DNA of 60,755 bases, counting the filler, from Sanchytrium tribonematis (taxonomy: Eukaryota): assembly GCA_018985235.1 (NCBI GenBank). It is 5 parts of 5 records of this genome, joined end to end, with 100 filler letters (N's around TTAATTAATTAA, not from the genome) between each part and the next. Parts side by side here need not be neighbours in the genome. Positions count along the whole stretch, not along the records: positions 12,289 to 24,360 come from JADGIG010000229.1; positions 24,461 to 36,511 come from JADGIG010000230.1; 3 more parts are not named here. The stretch is one strand, 5' to 3'. This document shows, one piece after another, positions 12,289 through 25,307 of the stretch. Under the pieces are notes generated by a model, which worked only from the letters and a program-made list of their open reading frames with translations, did not search any database and was not told the origin of the DNA. Both the position numbers and the translations under genes were made by a program. Within the stretch, counting starts at the first letter, position 1; the number at the start of each line of letters is the position of its first letter.

Positions 12289-13347
12289 TGCCAGTCATCA
12301 AAAAAGACTGCAAGACATATCAAGAAAGTAGTCCAGGATGTGGATTATGGACTTTATCCTATGCATACAGTTGCAATGGATGTAGTTGGTAAATTACCAA
12401 CAATAGAAACAGATGGACAAGAATATTCATATCTGTTAGTTATAGTAGATATTTTTACTCGATGGTGTGAAGTGATACCATTAAATGGATTAACAGGTCT
12501 TGAAACACTGGAAAAGTTTAAAAATGAATGGATCTCAAGATATGGATGACCACAAATGCTTTTGTTAGACAATGGAACTAACTTTACAGCAAACGAATTC
12601 AGAGCGTATTTAGATAAGGAGAATATCGAATATCATTTTACATCTCCAGGATATAAACCCGGAAATGGTTCTGTAGAGAGATTAAATTTGACAATATTAG
12701 ATTACGTCAGAGCAAATATCTTTGATGACAACTGGTTAGAATCACTAAACAAAATATTGCCAGTACTAAGATTTTCATATCGTAGGTCTATTGATACAAG
12801 CACTTATGAATTATCATTTGGGCTCAAAGCTGAGTGGGGAAGTAAAACTGTCTTAAATAGACATAACCACTTACTTACAAGATGGAATGACATTAACAAT
12901 AATGCTTCCTTAGAAAATTATGTGAATCGAGAAGTAACAAGAAAAAGACTGGAATCTAAAAAGCCAGCAATTCCAATTCAATTAAATGATATGGTATTAG
13001 TACCAAATCCAAATGACAAAACTAAAATTGATAAAGAATTTGTAGAACCATACAGGGTTGTAGAGATTTTGCCCTACGGAAATATACTAACGGATAACGG
13101 AGGCCGATTCAATCAAAACCAAGTTAAAAGAATACAAGATAAAATTACAAGTGGAGATGTAGAAAACATCAACGCTTTATACGAACTACCGATGACAAAA
13201 TCTGGTGGGAGTGTCGCATCCAACACGTTAAATCAAAGCGTAATTGGATGTTATTTAGATCAAAATGTTTTAATTAATCTAGTCAATTCAAAACAAGAAT
13301 TGTGTTCTTTTTGCGGTTTGAATATAAGTGACCATACATTTCTTTAA
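12289..13347 (+). mobile_element. Ty3/gypsy LTR retrotransposon integrase remnant (in-frame TGA at 12547-12549)
   Basis: rve core: VAMDVVG, LVIVDIFTRW, RYG*P..LLDNGTNF, NGSVERLN; GPY-like EPYRV. Confidence 0.9.
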
Positions 13348-13620
13348 TTGACTTATCCTTCTAACTTAGTGTCGCATCCAACACGTTAAATCAAAGCGTG
13401 ATTGGATGTTATTTAGATCAAAATGTTCTAATTAATCTAGTCAATTCAAAACAAGATCCAAGTCCTCTAATAAGGCTTGGATCCCAATCAGATGATGGCG
13501 CATGCTTAACTAAACAAAGCATGCGCTCTAAAAAAAGGTATATAAGCGCGAGGGCCTCATAAATAAATAAGTAATTTATTATTAATGACTTTTACTTCAA
13601 ATCTTCTCTTTAACGATATC
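13212..13620 (+). repeat. Probable 3' LTR region with duplicated 87-bp 5' end (13212-13298 and 13370-13456); right boundary approximate
   Basis: Purine-rich GGTGGGAG then TGTCGCATCC...; the 87-bp block recurs with 2 mismatches; TATATAA (~13539) and AATAAA (~13562) follow the second copy. Confidence 0.65.
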
Positions 13621-14698
13621 CATTGTGTAGATGATGGTGCATCTACGTCCACCAATAGTTGTGGAGCGAATTACGAAGAATGTAATTGCGCATGTTTGAT
13701 GGATATGGCCGTGTCAGGGCCACTTTACTTAGGCTGTTAATCTTTCTCCAAGTTTTGGCTTTTGCATTGGGCTTGCTATATAAATATTTGTCCCACAACC
13801 TGCCGCGTAATATCTGCTCTCTGTACTCATTTTAGTACAGCTGTAATCTATCATCCAAATGCATAGGAAATTAATTTTAACTTTCATTTTTTTATAAATG
13901 AGGCCTTGTACCTCATTCCTAACCTTGAAATAAATTTTTGCGGATTTTATAAACATTTGGATTCTCGACATTTCATTAGTCGAACATGTTAGCATCTGAT
14001 TGGCCAATTTCTTCTTCTCCCCAAAATTAAAGCTATTTTGTTATTTTGCAAATTTTTTTGCAAATCACAATGAGGAAAGCACGACAACAAGTAGTAAATA
14101 AGTGATATATTGGTATCATTACAAACCGTGCTCTCATCGACATAAGGATCCGAATCCATGTCTGATTCATAAATCTCCCTTTGAGGTAACTCCCAGCTTC
14201 AATATCTCCTGAGTGCGTCCCTGCTTCGTAATAGGTGAACACGTCACGAAATTGACCTGGATTTGGATTGACAAATCCAATTCCAAACCTACCGAAATTG
14301 TGCAGTTTTTCCGGATTTGGATTGACAAATCCGAACAATTTGGAAATCGAAGGAGATCTCCTCAAAACATCAACGTCGAAAAAATAAAGACGATTCTAAC
14401 TATGTACTTCTAAACAATCTAGACCTCAACTATCAGGTTATGAGACTACGTGATAAAGGGCCACTATATACCCGTTAATATAGTTGATGTACATCTAAAA
14501 TGATGTTTTACAGATTTTGTTTGGTTAAAATGTGGCTGGTGTACATTAGTTGCCTACTAATACATTTATTTAAGTCTCAAGCTAGATTTAGGCGTGAATT
14601 CAATCTTATTTATTTTTTGATTCACTTTAGTGTATTTGCTTCATTGATTCTTCAGACAGAATGCTTTTTGCTATAAATGTGCTGTACTGGGTATATTC

Positions 14699-15055
14699 TT
14701 GGATATGATGAGTGATAACACTAGAGGACCTAACATCACAACAATCCCTACTATTCCAGACATTCTGTTCCTAAATAGCGACAATGAATATTGTGTTAGT
14801 GCTTACAGGCTTTGCAAAGAAACATTATTAGAAAGATTTAAAATACTTGGTGATTCGGCCTATCCCACCAGACATTATATTGTAAAAGCCGCAACAGATA
14901 TTAGCCCTGAATCTGAAAGATCTGTAATAGAGAACTGTTTTACCCAATTGAAGCAGCAATGGCGAATACTCATGAAGTGACAAGGTTGTCATATTGATTC
15001 TGTTCCTGTACTAGTGGTTATATGTTGTAATCTTCTCAACTTGTATAAACGCTAA
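14699..15055 (+). mobile_element. PIF/Harbinger transposase (DDE_Tnp_4) C-terminal remnant
   Basis: ILGDSAYP...RSVIENCFTQLKQQWRIL, followed after a stop by a VICCNLLNL-like tail. Confidence 0.8.
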
Positions 15056-15074
15056 TTGTGACTAAGTAATTGAT

Positions 15075-15390
15075 TTATTCAATATTACTTTGCAACGTCT
15101 GAACTAACGATTCAAAACTTTCAATCAATGGTGAAATGTTGATTGAAGACACGATATCCATTTGTGATGATTGTTGGTCAGTTGTTCCAGAAACACTAGA
15201 CATAGAAGCAGCAGGTTCGGCTTCAGCAGATAAATTCAAGATTTCATTTACAAGAGCCATGCTATCAATTGCAGACAAGCCCTCATTTTCTCTTTGCAAA
15301 TCCATAAATAGTTCCCTCTCTTTTTTTTGCTTGTCCAAACGATTAGCAGTTGCAATCTCATTCAAAAGATGGCCAATTTGCTTCCGTTAG
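15075..15390 (-). pseudogene. Fragment convergent with the Harbinger transposase, possibly the element's second ORF
   Basis: Tail-to-tail arrangement typical of two-ORF Harbingers; no domain recognised. Confidence 0.3.
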
Positions 15391-15494
15391 TATAATGACG
15401 AAGAACTTGAGTCAGTAACATTAGGTTTTGGACAACGGTGCCATTGGTGCTTCAGTGAAGAAACTAATATTAGAAGTGCCAAGAATTTAAGTAC

Positions 15495-16612
15495 TCAAGG
15501 TGTAATAAAGGCAATGTAGCCGGTATGTTTTAAGTTTTCACGCATCCATTTAAGCACGCTTTTCTTAATATTATTTGGAATGAGGATTTGTTTTGATCCG
15601 TTCTCTATTGTTTTGCATAATAAAATGGTACTTTCAATTTTGCGGAAACAGACGTTTTTTGCTAAAAGTGATTGATATTTTGTCAATCTCTTTTTGTGCG
15701 TGTTGTTTATGATATTTTTCATTATTGAAAATTGTTGCCGTCATTTTGACTTCTTTGAATAAAGGATAATTGAAGTGGATAAATAATTGCCACGATAGAA
15801 AGTATTTTGAATTCCTTCTGAGGTGGTCGTCTCATTTTATGGGAGTAATTTGTACATTGTATTCTTCAATAATTGTTTTCCAACGAAGAACTCGTGGAGA
15901 TTGAAGTTTGTAGAATTGAATTCGATTTTTGTGATCTGTAAAGATCTCGATTTGACTGCCAAAAAGCATGTACCGTAAATGAATCAAGGCACTGATTTAA
16001 CCCCTTTTCGAGAGATGAGTATCTGGATCCAATATCCGTTAAAGTTTTGCTGTAAAAGTAAATAGGCTTTTCTGATTGTGTTACGACTACTCCAATGGCT
16101 TTATCCGAAGCGTCTGTAAACAACTGAAACTTGGAATTTGGATTTGATTGCAATAGAAGTGTAGTTGAAGGAATGCTGCTCTTCTTCCCATTCGAACTTT
16201 TGGTTCTTTCTGAGTAATTTTGTCGTTTTAGACATTAGAAGGGACGAATTCTTTATAAATTGACGAAAGTAATTGCATAGACCGCAAAATGACTGCAACT
16301 GCTTTTTGTTGTTTGGGGGTTAATATCTAATAAAGATTGAATTTTCTTCTGGTCGGGACGGATACCATCTGGAGATATTTCTAAACCTAAATAATCAATT
16401 CTGCGTCAAAAAAACCTGCACTTTTCAATTGCGAGTTTAAGACCAGCTTTGTAGAGAATCTCAAAAACTGTTTCGAGATGCTGCAAATGTCTTTCCATAG
16501 TTCTTTAGTATATTAATACATCACCGATATAAACATTTACAAAATTCAAGGGACTTAACAGTAAGTTCATTAAATTTTGAAAGACACAAGGTGCATTTGT
16601 CAAACCGAATTA
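15495..16612 (-). mobile_element. Degenerate Ty3/gypsy pol (RT, RNase H, integrase zinc-finger start)
   Basis: FGLTNAP, YIGD (decayed YIDD), SFCGLCNYFRQFI, FQLFTDASDKAIG, YFYSKTL; frameshifts. Confidence 0.88.
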
Positions 16613-17571
16613 CATTATAAATAAATATCTGGTTATATCCGCTCATCAGATCCAGACTACTAAAGTAAGTTGCAGACAACAACAACGTCAGTAGAAAACT
16701 TACTTTAACTCTTGTAAATTTATTTGGAAAGATGTGCTGTGTACAAATAACTCAAAAAGCTTCTTTTTTGCATCTTCTAATTTTTTGGGATTTTTGCGGA
16801 TCAGCTTACGTCGAGTACCTGTTGACAATGGTCAATTGTCATTTAAAAGTGCTACAAGTGCTCCAAGTAATGCCCTTGGATTTGATGGCTGGTTGATGGC
16901 TGGTTGATGGCCTTGGTTTGGCCAATTGTCACCGGTCTTGGGCCACTTAATGGCATGAGAACATTCTATTGGATTGGTCTCCAATGTATATTAGCAACAG
17001 CGGGTTGCTGTTGAGAGAGAAATTAATAAATTAACGATGAACAATAACAGTACCCTTATAAATTTCAATTGGTACTTTTGGCATTAATTTTACGTCCACT
17101 TTTTCTTTTTGAGTAGCTCCTAGTAGTACAACCTGAATAGTTCCAGTGTAATTCCTGTGCTGTTTATGACAATATTTAATCTGAATTGAGATGCATACAT
17201 GCCCATTTGTTCATCATGCCTATACAATCACATAGTGTGCTACAGCAAAATCCACAATAAACTTTAAGTCAGATATCGCAAGCAAGAGAAGCGATATGTT
17301 TGTTGTCAGACTTGTAAGCATGGGCGGTTAATTTGATTAATAAACTATAAATAAACTATTTATTTGAGCTGGATTGTTTAATATATACTTTTCTGCCTTC
17401 GCAGTAGTTAAAGAAGTATATGCTTGCTTATAAAACATTGTCTCGCAAAGAACAGTTCTTGATTTGGTGGAATATTGAATCAAATGTAAACGATTTGTGT
17501 TGCTCTTTGGAGATTTATTTCTTGAACTCCAAATTAAAACTTAATAAATAAATATTTATTACAATTATTTG

Positions 17572-18321
17572 TTACTGAATTACATTTTCATCAATACTTA
17601 GAAGAATACATAATAGATGCTTGTATAAATACATTTGCAATTTGCACCTCATTACAGGCATGTCAGTGGCCCCAAAATTCAATAATTCTACAAGTGTGTC
17701 GTTTGTTACATTTTGTATAGCATTTAAATTATCTACTTTTTTAACAAATACTTCAATAGCAGCTAAATTATAAGCTCCGCAGTCATATCCATTTGGTTGT
17801 AGCGGATTTCCAATCAAGTTTATAGTGTTGTATTGAACCGAAGAATTATATCTTTTTTGATGCTCAGTGTCAATAAATTCTCGTAGTTTTGTGAGTGTTC
17901 CATTGTCACGGCTTATATTGTTTTTCATCGAATTTGTCAAAACTATTGTATTAAGTATAAAGACTGCTGCACAATGATTTCCCTAGTGAATAGGAATAAC
18001 AAGCAAATCGTCTTCAAAGATATTTTCCCGTCTAACAATTGGGTCTCGCAGTTTAGTGGCAAAGTGCAAGTGTAGACAAAACACTCTAAGATCCTCTACC
18101 GACAACAAAAATGAATACGAATTGATTATGTCATCACAAAGCCAAGCTGTATTATCAAGAAATATAAAATCGATTCTTTCAACTGAAAATCTGCCAACCT
18201 GCAACGGAAATCGAAATTTTGGCAATGGTTCATCATTTAAATGTAGGTTTAAGCTTGGTGAAAGATTCATATGTAATAACCCTGCTATAGATTTGGGATA
18301 TTGATTTAGCTGTAACGGCAA
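17572..18321 (-). pseudogene. Ulp1/C48 SUMO-protease domain, decayed (in-frame TAG)
   Basis: WLCDDIINSY, LVIPIH*GNH, QPNGYDCGAY; the two ORFs are in the same frame. Confidence 0.75.
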
Positions 18322-18639
18322 AAAGTTGTGAATATTATTGATTATATTTTGCCTACTAATGATGTGAGAATCTAGTTTCGAGTCAACTAAGTTTTTGATA
18401 ATTTCAGAAGACTTCTTTTGTTTAACTTTTTGAATTTGGGAGATGAAGCTTTAGCCAATTCTTTAAATGCAGGTTTTGGTTTGACCTCAGTTTTTGCAAC
18501 TACATTGTTCTCATTTTATAACTCGGTTTGCATTTAAGGATCTTTCGAGTAAAATATCAATATTTTCGTCATCATATATCGTGGTAAATGTTTTCGAGTC
18601 TTTTTCTTCTAGATTTAAAAACATTACGTCATATGATGA

Positions 18640-20350
18640 TATATCCAGGACTTTCTCATTAGGTACAACAATCTAAATATGTTCAAGTTTTTTGACTATA
18701 CTAATTGCTACATAAAGTAAGCTTTTATCCTAATATTTAAAAATTTCAGATATTTTGTGAGCTGTCAAGGAATAAGCCAGTGCTATTGGAAATTGATGTC
18801 TGGTATATTTTTCATGGGTTTCTTCGGTTGGTGTAAAAGTAACTTCGGAATTTCCAATTGTGGTGGTGAATTTAACTAGTATTTCAGTCGCAGCGTTTAA
18901 TAAGGTGTTGTACTTAATGTCAGTAACTGTCCCAATTGATCCATTAACCAATCCTTTTTCAACGAGTAGATTTGCTAAAAAAATAACCCTACATCCGACA
19001 CATATCCCTAGAACCTTGTCCATTCTAAATTCAGACTCCAAATCTGGAGGAATGTTAGTTCCTGAAAAAGTTAATTCATATATCGTTTCTCTTCTAGCTG
19101 TAGCAAATTTGTTTAAGATCCTCTCATTATAAATTTTGGAATCATCTCTATGGGAAAATACAGCAGGTATGGCATCATTGGATAAGGAGGATACTATTCT
19201 ATCCTTGATACATTCGTTAAAATTTCCAAAGTCACTTTCCCTAATAGCTTGTATTGCTGCAGCTAGTGATTCACATTCAACTCGCAGGTTTACATTTAGT
19301 TCAAAGACTCGAAACTCTTCAATTTAAATAGAACTTTCCAAACTTGGCTCCTTAACTGGTTTAAGCTGGTCAAAGTCACCAACCATGATCAATTTCACTG
19401 TGGATTTACAATTAGTTTTTAACACTTTTGAATAAAAATTGGCCGATCATAAAAACTTCGTTTATAATTAAAAAATCTAAGAATTTGATAAAATTTAGTT
19501 TAGCAGAATGCTTTGGTGTTTGAATAAGCGACTGCCATGTGTCATTGTTTTTGTTCAAAACAAGTAATGAATGAATTGTGGCACCACCAATTAACATACT
19601 AGCTAGTCCTGTGGAACCGGCTGATACACAATTTGTTCCAGATTCTGGTCTGCTGCAAAATTGCGAGATGACATTACAAAGATAGGATTTACCAGTTCCA
19701 GGTCCGCCGTTTATCATAAAATACTTTTCTTTACTTTTGGTTATTGTTTCGTAGATATCATATTGCATATCATTGAGACTTGTAATTAATATTGGAGAAT
19801 TGGCTTTTGGATATATATTAAATATTCTCCTAATATCCAACTCATAAGAATTTTGATTGTTATGTACCTCATCAATTGAATCAATAATATTAGGAACAGA
19901 AGTCAATATATGATTAAGTTTATCTTTTGCATAGTTTCGAAAAGTAGATTTTAATCCAATATTTAGAATCTCTTTCACGTTATTAAAAGGTGTGTATAAT
20001 AGCAGTTGCTGAATCTTCTCCATCAAATTCATTTAAGAACGGATAGTGTCTTACAATACAAGGTTTTACTCGTTTTATTATCAACCCTGTTTTGTTTTGC
20101 TTTTTATAATATTTGTAAAAATCATACAAGCAAACTTCTTTTAGTTCTGGATTTTCATGGCAATCTCTTTCTAGATATCTATCCACAGCGTTAGACAAAA
20201 GTTTTCTGTTGAGTTTTGCTTTTCTTTTAGTATATCATTTAACTTTTTCAAGACTCGTTTATCCAATAAATCCCTTAAAATTCCAATCTGAATGACTTCA
20301 GTGGAAAATTCTGTAATTTGAAGTCCCATGGCGTAAAATATGACTTCCGG
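18640..20350 (-). mobile_element. Degenerate PIF1-type helicase of a Helitron-like element
   Basis: GGPGTGKS, STGLASMLIGGATIHS, IINEV (decayed DE), GDFDQL, NLLVEKGLVNGSIG, RHQFPIALAYSLTAHK; upstream linker with CLYDFYKYY. Confidence 0.8.
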
Positions 20351-20639
20351 AATTGAATTGGAAGAGGACTGGTGAGATCTTCATTTATCTTCATTCCACC
20401 TGGATTGTATTTGCTGGGCTAAACTAAATCTTTTTTTGACGTACTGTTTGGTGGGTGTTAAGATCAGTAAACTGTTTATTAAGGGATCATTTCCTTTTAA
20501 CTACTGGGCAAGGACTCACTCTACTTGCCAACTCCAATAGACCCACTCCTTGGGTCTAACTCATAACTTGCCCATACTTAGGTCATCTAATGCCCTTGGG
20601 TCATTACATCCCCATTTCTTCATGATCTGTCTCATCAAC

Positions 20640-20830
20640 AGTTAAGGGCTTTAAAGGGTGAGATGAACGCGTGTTCCAAAAGTTCATCAAACGCCATGCA
20701 GTCTAGGACATTCTCCAATGGCTGCCAACTTTTCTAGTTTAATGAATTCTCATATCTTGTATCACTCAATTCTTGATATGTGGCGATTATAATAAAGAAC
20801 ATGATGGGCAGAATGATCCCACGTTGGCAC
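20640..20830 (-). pseudogene. Possible chromodomain remnant of a chromovirus integrase
   Basis: Minus-strand SWQPLENVLDC resembles the chromodomain (S/T)WEPxEN motif; interrupted by a stop. Confidence 0.3.
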
Positions 20831-21226
20831 TAGGATTAGAGAATAGGGTTATTGGTGCTGCAAAATTAGATGGTACCAATCAAAGGAGGAGCAGGCGAAT
20901 AGCTGCGGTATTTAAGAGCAAATAGTTTTTAATAAATATCTGTGATTTCAATGTTATCACCGTGGCAACTCCATTTCTAACTATTCGTTTAAATCTGATA
21001 TCTTTTAGATGGTTTACGTATAACGTTTCATTACCTTTTTCCAATCGTTTTAAAAAATATTGAATTTCTGCAAGAACAATATCGGCCTTATTGGAATAAA
21101 TTGTTTTGGAGAAATCAGAGAGATGTTCTGGGGAAAATTAATCTCAGAAACCATCATCTCCTCCGCCTTTTGCTCAATTGCTTTAATCTTTTGGGTTAAT
21201 CTGCTGGGTACGCCACATTTATAGTG

Positions 21227-21694
21227 TTATACATTTTTTGTTTTTACATATAAACTTTTGTAGATTTTTGTCAATTTTTTTGTAGCAACCACTAATTTAA
21301 GAGCAGATCTTTTACGTATTGCTCCACAGGTATTGCATTGATATTCAAACAGCTCCAGATTCATTCCCTTTTTTCGATCCGCTGAAATATCTTTGACATA
21401 TTGAAAAATATTTTGCCTATGTTTACTTTTTGTAGATTGCTCGTTTATTGCAAAATCAACTGAATTTTTAGCCGGCTCATTGTTTAATTGTTCAGCATTA
21501 GTCAAAGGTAATACATTTATTTTCTTACAATCCTGAGTATTTGTTTCGAAACCTAAATCTAATTCATTATTTACACTTTTACTTTCATTAATTACCCTTC
21601 TACTTTCAGATTCAAAATATAAAATTTTGTTGGCCTCCGTCATTTCAAGTACTTGAATTTGATCATCTATTGATAGATCATAAAAGTAATCCAA
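21227..21694 (-). pseudogene. Transposon-like ORF fragment with CxxC (BED-finger-like)
   Basis: IFQY...YQCNTCGA; located in a TE-only contig. Confidence 0.35.
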
Positions 21695-22942
21695 ATCATC
21701 CGGGTTTTTATTAATATTTAAATTTCTGTTCGCTTCTTGAAAAGAGAGCGAGGTCTATCCATCTTCTTGATAGTTATCAAAAAAAATAAATTGCTTGACA
21801 TTTCGTCGAAAGCAGAACTATCCATGTTTCAAAAAAGAAATCAGTTTAGCATCAATTTAATATTAAATATAAAAATATTCAACATTAGTGCAACTTGTCT
21901 AGTTTTATGTAATGATAATTTTTATATGTGCTTTATTTGTAAACAAACCCTCTATTACGTTTGCATAACAAATCCGATTCAAGTTAAAAGTTTCAGCTAA
22001 AAATATGACGCTTTTCGTTTATGTTTTTATTTATTTATTTTATTTATTCATCTTTTATTCCTTTTTCCTTTGATTTATTTATTTATATATTGCCTTTAGT
22101 CCTTTGAAACGTTCACTTTTTTTGATGGAGATTGCACTGTTTCATCCTCGTCCTTCTCAAACAATTCTTTAGTAATTTATTCTTCTTCTTCCAAATTCAA
22201 ATTCTCCGCGTTTTAAATCTTCTTTTCTAACGGAGACTGTGACAAAGATCTGTAATCTTGAAGGCAAAACTTCAGATGACTCAGCACTATAACCAGTCTA
22301 GACCCCACTCCACCCTCAGAATTTTAATATTTGGATATATAAACTTCACCTACATAAATAACTGCCTTTCTTTTTTCTAGAAATTACATCATCTTTTTCC
22401 AACGCGGCCAAAGCGTTATATAGTAAAAGGTTCCGATTGAACCGGTCTTTTGCCATGTATAAACAACAACACGCATTTCCCAAATGGTTGTCATAACACC
22501 ATTAATTAATACTTCTTTGGGTGTTGGTTTATCAACTACTCTACCCATTGTAAAATTCAAAGGTAATCCAGACATAATTAATTTTTTAACTTGCGCTTTA
22601 ACATCTTCCTTGTCGCACAGTTTGATTTTAAATGGTCAATGAAATCAATAACTTAAAGTTTAATGGTTGACGATCTAGGTCAACACCAGCCAAACGAGCG
22701 CGACCTTGGGGTTTTTGGAATGACTCCTCAAAAGACAGGCCAAAATGTCACCTAGTCGCTTGCATCAATTGGTACCTGTAGGACTTAGGATAGCTTGCTT
22801 AGTAGCTAAAAGAATCTATCAATTGATTTTTAACCGTTTTTACCGCTTACGATAGAGTAATTACACCTTGTTACAAGAATTTGTCACAATTATTTTCAAC
22901 TTTATTTATTGATTTTGGCCCCCTTATATTTATGACATCGAG

Positions 22943-23889
22943 CTATGCTTTTGATAAATGATTAATCAGGTTTTCTCTATAGGAATCTTGCAAATATAAC
23001 CACAATTCTAAAACAGTTTCAACAATATCCTCACTTGTTTCGCAAACTGGTTCATGAACCAATTTATGTTTTAATAAATACCAGCAATTTTCGATTGGGT
23101 TGAGATCAAGACTTTTACTTGGCCAATTTTCAAGAATTAGATTATGATTTTCTAACCAATTAATGACAATACGAGCCTTATGAGGTTTAGCATTATCTTG
23201 AACAAAATGAGGCTTATAGCTGCACGCAACTAATTCAGGCTTTAGATGGGTTTTAAGTAGTTGCAAATATGAAATTTTGTTGACTGAACCATCGATAGCG
23301 ACCAGGGGACCGTGGAATTCCAAGCTGATCAACCCCCAAAAAATGACCCCAATTCCTTGACTGTGTTTTTTTTCTCGATCGAACTCGCTACGTCGTTCTA
23401 GTGACCAGTAGCCCAATTTGTGATTAAAAGGGTGGGATCGAATCATTACTTCATCACTAAACCAGAACTGGTTCCATTCTTCAGGTAGTAAACAAAAGAT
23501 TTTTCCACAATAAATTTTACGATTTAATTTATGTTGATGTGTCAACATGATTACCACTCTTTGTTGGTAATTGCGATGTTATTTTTGTCTAAAAAACGTT
23601 TCAGATTACATACGAAAACGGCAATTCCAGCTTTCGTATCATCATTCTCAGGCTATACATATCAGTATCTTGACATAGTTTTTTGATTCTAACACCATCC
23701 GCGCCCGTAATTACTGTATGCGGCTTTCAATTTTTGGAAGTATCTCGATTTCCACTTTCTTATTGCATAATACGAATAGTTATACTTGTCGCTAATGTAT
23801 TTCATCGATTTATTTTCTTCTAGCAGTGCTAGAATAACGATATGATCATCATTTGTCAGGTCGGTCGTTGTGACAAATCCGTGTAACAA
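22943..23889 (-). mobile_element. Tc1-family DD34E transposase remnant
   Basis: WFSDE, VQDNAKPH, then 34 residues, then DLNPIE; HTH-like fragment at 23689-23889; frameshifted. Confidence 0.88.
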
Positions 23890-24360
23890 CCTGTCCTTTT
23901 ATGCTTTTCCACTGTATCAATCAAGTGATGATCATCTTTTTTAACTAATAGTGTTGCTAGTCTAGGTACAAGATTTTATTTCGACACAAATTGCTTGGCG
24001 CTTTGAATGTTTCATCATTGATAGCTTCAAAATCCTGATTTACACAAGGAAGGATAATTTAAATACATAATAACCCTATTTAGTCTTATAATTGATTAAA
24101 ATCGTTTTCTATCAAGTACCTACTATTACGACAAATAAGTCCCAAGTTATGACAATCACGAAAGAGTTATTGATCAAGACGTTGTAATTTATTAAAATGC
24201 TTTTAGTTTATGATTCTGCTCTTCTAACCAATAGCCATACCAATATTTAGCGACAAATAAAGTGCTTAAATGCCAGAGTGCATGAGCATCGAGATAACCA
24301 ATATATGCGAAATCAAGCCACTCAAAAAGTCCTAAACAAAGTAAGGTGAACACCCCACTG

Positions 24361-24460
24361 NNNNNNNNNNNNNNNNNNNNNNNNNNNNNNNNNNNNNNNN
24401 NNNNTTAATTAATTAANNNNNNNNNNNNNNNNNNNNNNNNNNNNNNNNNNNNNNNNNNNN
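24361..24460. other. Artificial contig-joining spacer
   Basis: N-run with TTAATTAATTAA. Confidence 0.98.
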
Positions 24461-25042
24461 AATAACTTCAAGTTTAAATCCCTGTCTGCTCTGGATTTTC
24501 AAGAGTTTCTCCACATCTGGACTGCAGACAAGCAACCTAGATTGCTTGATAAAATCAAATCTATTGATTATGATGTTTGGTTTAACAGAACTGGCCTCCC
24601 TTCCATCGATCCAAAGTTTGCGAGAGACTATTTAGACGAAGTCACGACATTATCCGAGACTTGGATCAAAGATAAGAATTTTGATGGAATGGACGCCCTT
24701 TCTGTTTCTCAAAAAATCTATCTTATGGATTATTTGGTAGAACATGCTCCAGATGTTGATTTTGTTGAGAAATTAAATGACAAGTACAATTTTATCAGTT
24801 TCCCACCTGGGAATTTAGAAATTCAATTTAGATTTATCAAATTGGCACTTAAGCATAAATACGAGAAAGTCATTCCGTTGGCTGATACATTTTTGTCTTC
24901 ACAAGGAAGGATGAAATATGTTCGTCCACTTTATAGAACCTTCAACAAATCATTTCCAGACTTGGCGAAAGGTACATTTTCAAAATACAAAGGCAGATAT
25001 CACCCTATTTGTGCTAAATTAGTCGCACAAGATTTGAAATAA
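24461..25042 (+). CDS. LTA4H: Leukotriene A4 hydrolase / M1 aminopeptidase, C-terminal part (5' truncated by the contig edge)
   Basis: Open frame from 24461; WFNRTGLP, GNLEIQFRF, QGRMKYVRPLYR, YHPI...VAQDL. Confidence 0.9.
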   Translation, partial: NNFKFKSLSALDFQEFLHIWTADKQPRLLDKIKSIDYDVWFNRTGLPSIDPKFARDYLDEVTTLSETWIKDKNFDGMDALSVSQKIYLMDYLVEHAPDVDFVEKLNDKYNFISFPPGNLEIQFRFIKLALKHKYEKVIPLADTFLSSQGRMKYVRPLYRTFNKSFPDLAKGTFSKYKGRYHPICAKLVAQDLK

Positions 25043-25073
25043 GAGTCAATAAAAATATGAAACAATTTTGAAA

Positions 25074-25307
25074 ATGAATGTTAAGAATTTATACAAGCAG
25101 CTCTTATTTATTGGACGTGATTACCCTCAAGGGTACGCGTATTTTCAAAGAACATTAAAGAATGCTTTCTTGAAAAACAAAGATGCGACTGGTACGGAAC
25201 TTCAAAAATGCATTAGTCAAGCAATTCAATTTGAAAAAGACTTAAAGCTTTATTATAGCGTTAAAAAATATAGAAATATAAAAAATAAATATTACAGTGA
25301 AGATTAA
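25074..25307 (+). CDS. LYRM5: LYR-motif protein LYRM5/ETFRF1
   Basis: LYKQLLFIGRDYPQG...LKNAFLKNKD...KKYR. Confidence 0.85.
   Translation: MNVKNLYKQLLFIGRDYPQGYAYFQRTLKNAFLKNKDATGTELQKCISQAIQFEKDLKLYYSVKKYRNIKNKYYSED

Noticed and set aside
16884..16920. Short GATGGCTGGTT tandem repeat
   Set aside because: Only about three degenerate units inside TE debris; no supportable function
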